Assembly: GCA_036507075.1 (NCBI GenBank)
Contig: DASXQR010000017.1
Coordinates: 1-64,000, forward strand
Length of the DNA stretch: 64,000 nucleotides
Direction of reading: 5' to 3'
Source: Acidobacteriota bacterium
Lineage (GTDB): Bacteria > Acidobacteriota > UBA6911 > JACQSX01
Under the pieces are notes generated by a model, which had not been told where the DNA came from, searched no databases, and saw nothing but the letters and a program-made list of their open reading frames with translations. Both the position numbers and the translations under genes were made by a program. Of the stretch, positions 62,890 to 64,000 are shown in pieces; the first letter of the stretch is position 1, and every line of letters starts with the position of its first letter.

Positions 62890-63480
62890 CTAGAGCAGGT
62901 GGCCCAGTTTTTCCCGTTTGGCTCTCATGTAGGACTCGGCCCGTTTTGAATGGTCGACTTTCAACGGCAGCATGGTCGGCACGGCGATGCCTTCACGCTC
63001 CAGTCCTTTCTTCTTTGCAGGGTTGTTTGTGAGCAATCTTATTTCGTGGACGCCCAGATATTTGAGAATCTCGGCGCAGAACTGATATTGCCTTTGATCG
63101 GCTGCAAAACCGAGGCGCTCGTTGGCTTCCACCGTGTCGACACCCTGGTCCTGAAGCTCATAAGCCATCAGCTTGTTGATCAATCCAATCCCCCGACCCT
63201 CCTGCATCTGGTAAAGCAGGATGCCCGCCGGAGTGGAAGCGATCTCCTTGAGTGCGGCTCTCAGTTGCGCTCCGCAGTCGCATCGATGCGATCCGAACAC
63301 ATCACCCGTAAGGCACTGCGAGTGAATACGCACCAGCGGTATACCGGAAAACGGGACGGCGCCATGCACGAGCGCAACCGCTTCTTCACCCGATGTGGTA
63401 TCTTCGAAGCCATAAATGGTAAATGTTCCGGTATCGGTTGGAAGAGTCGATCTCGGTATTCTGGTCTTGTTTAGAGCCAT
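62890..63480 (-). CDS. ribA: GTP cyclohydrolase II
   Basis: VRIHSQCLTGDVFGSHRCDCG, QEGRGIGL, RLLTNNP, KLGHLL. Confidence 0.96.
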   Translation of the reverse strand: MALNKTRIPRSTLPTDTGTFTIYGFEDTTSGEEAVALVHGAVPFSGIPLVRIHSQCLTGDVFGSHRCDCGAQLRAALKEIASTPAGILLYQMQEGRGIGLINKLMAYELQDQGVDTVEANERLGFAADQRQYQFCAEILKYLGVHEIRLLTNNPAKKKGLEREGIAVPTMLPLKVDHSKRAESYMRAKREKLGHLL

Positions 63481-63530
63481 GCAGGAAAGTATAACACTCG
63501 CTCACTGCGCGGTTGCGAGTTACGGGTTCT

Positions 63531-63647
63531 TTGCCACGAAGCCACGAAGGCCAGGGTTTACCGTACAGTGACACTTCTCAAATCAACCACGATCGCGCAG
63601 GAGTCGCACGTCTAACTGAATTGTTGATCTTCGTGGCTTCGTGGCAA
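63531..63647. mobile_element. MITE-like element, copy 3
   Basis: ttgccacgaagccacgaag...cttcgtggcttcgtggcaa with core agtgacacttctcaaatcaaccacgatcg. Confidence 0.65.
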
Positions 63648-63663
63648 CCCCCCCCGCAAACTC

Positions 63664-63999
63664 TTAGGGGAGGCGAAGATCGTCGGCGGTGTCAGGTTTC
63701 CGGTCGGGGCCGTTGGAGATGACTGCGAATCCACCGGCCTGCCGCTGAATTCGGAATTCGGAATTCCACGCGTCAAGGCGAATCACTTCGGGCAGATAAC
63801 CCGGCGAAAGCTTGTCCACCAGGTCGACAAAATCCACTGCGGCCGGATAGGCGCCGTTCACCTGCCGGTACTTTTCGGCGGCCTGCAGAATAGTCTTCAT
63901 TTCCCCCTGCGTGCGGCGGCGCAGTATCTGATCGAGAGCCTCCTTCAGGTCCTGCACCCTGATCCATTGCATTTCGGCCAGCCTGATGTCCTTTAGAAC
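63664..63999 (-). CDS. GspG-like (type II secretion pseudopilin C-terminal domain) protein, partial
   Basis: AAEKY...GAYP, DAWNSEF, VISNGPDRKPDTADDL; frame stays open to the window edge. Confidence 0.65.
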   Translation of the reverse strand, partial: VLKDIRLAEMQWIRVQDLKEALDQILRRRTQGEMKTILQAAEKYRQVNGAYPAAVDFVDLVDKLSPGYLPEVIRLDAWNSEFRIQRQAGGFAVISNGPDRKPDTADDLRLP

Positions 64000-64000
64000 C

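Overview
Bacterial chromosomal window, probably Acidobacteriota (inferred from the CarboxypepD_reg-type TonB-dependent receptor and overall gene content). Positions 1-17.8 kb hold the end of tuf and a complete S10-spc-alpha ribosomal superoperon (rpsJ to rplQ, including rpmJ, which the ORF track missed). Positions 18-32 kb hold envelope and glycan genes: an outer-membrane barrel, sulfatase-TBDR-sulfatase, an Aur1/PAP2-like enzyme, an MltD-like transglycosylase, DUF2207 and DUF4214. Positions 32-49.3 kb hold the best candidate for an undescribed system, a nine-gene redox cluster: a NuoE-NuoF fusion, a NuoG-N/2x cNMP-binding/4x[4Fe-4S] fusion, a probable di-haem b membrane protein, three multihaem c cytochromes (25 haem-type motifs in total), an outer-membrane barrel, a tandem GlcG/HbpS haem-binding protein and SthA. 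It could form a cyclic-nucleotide-gated electron wire from NAD(P)H to the cell surface (inference). Positions 49-64 kb hold an exported kinase-like protein, a RAYT transposase relic between REP doublets, GH51, gdhA, a Tes/GDGT-MAS-family radical SAM enzyme, a CUAEP-tail radical SAM selenoprotein (UGA plus SECIS-like hairpin), NfuA, an ATP-grasp enzyme, a diguanylate cyclase, ribA and a partial GspG-like gene. Most long intergenic gaps are filled by inverted arrays of 6-10 nt tandem repeats. At five junctions the predicted hairpin closes within a few nucleotides of both the upstream stop and a downstream start lacking a Shine-Dalgarno (SD) site. All calls are from motif recognition by eye; no database searches were run.
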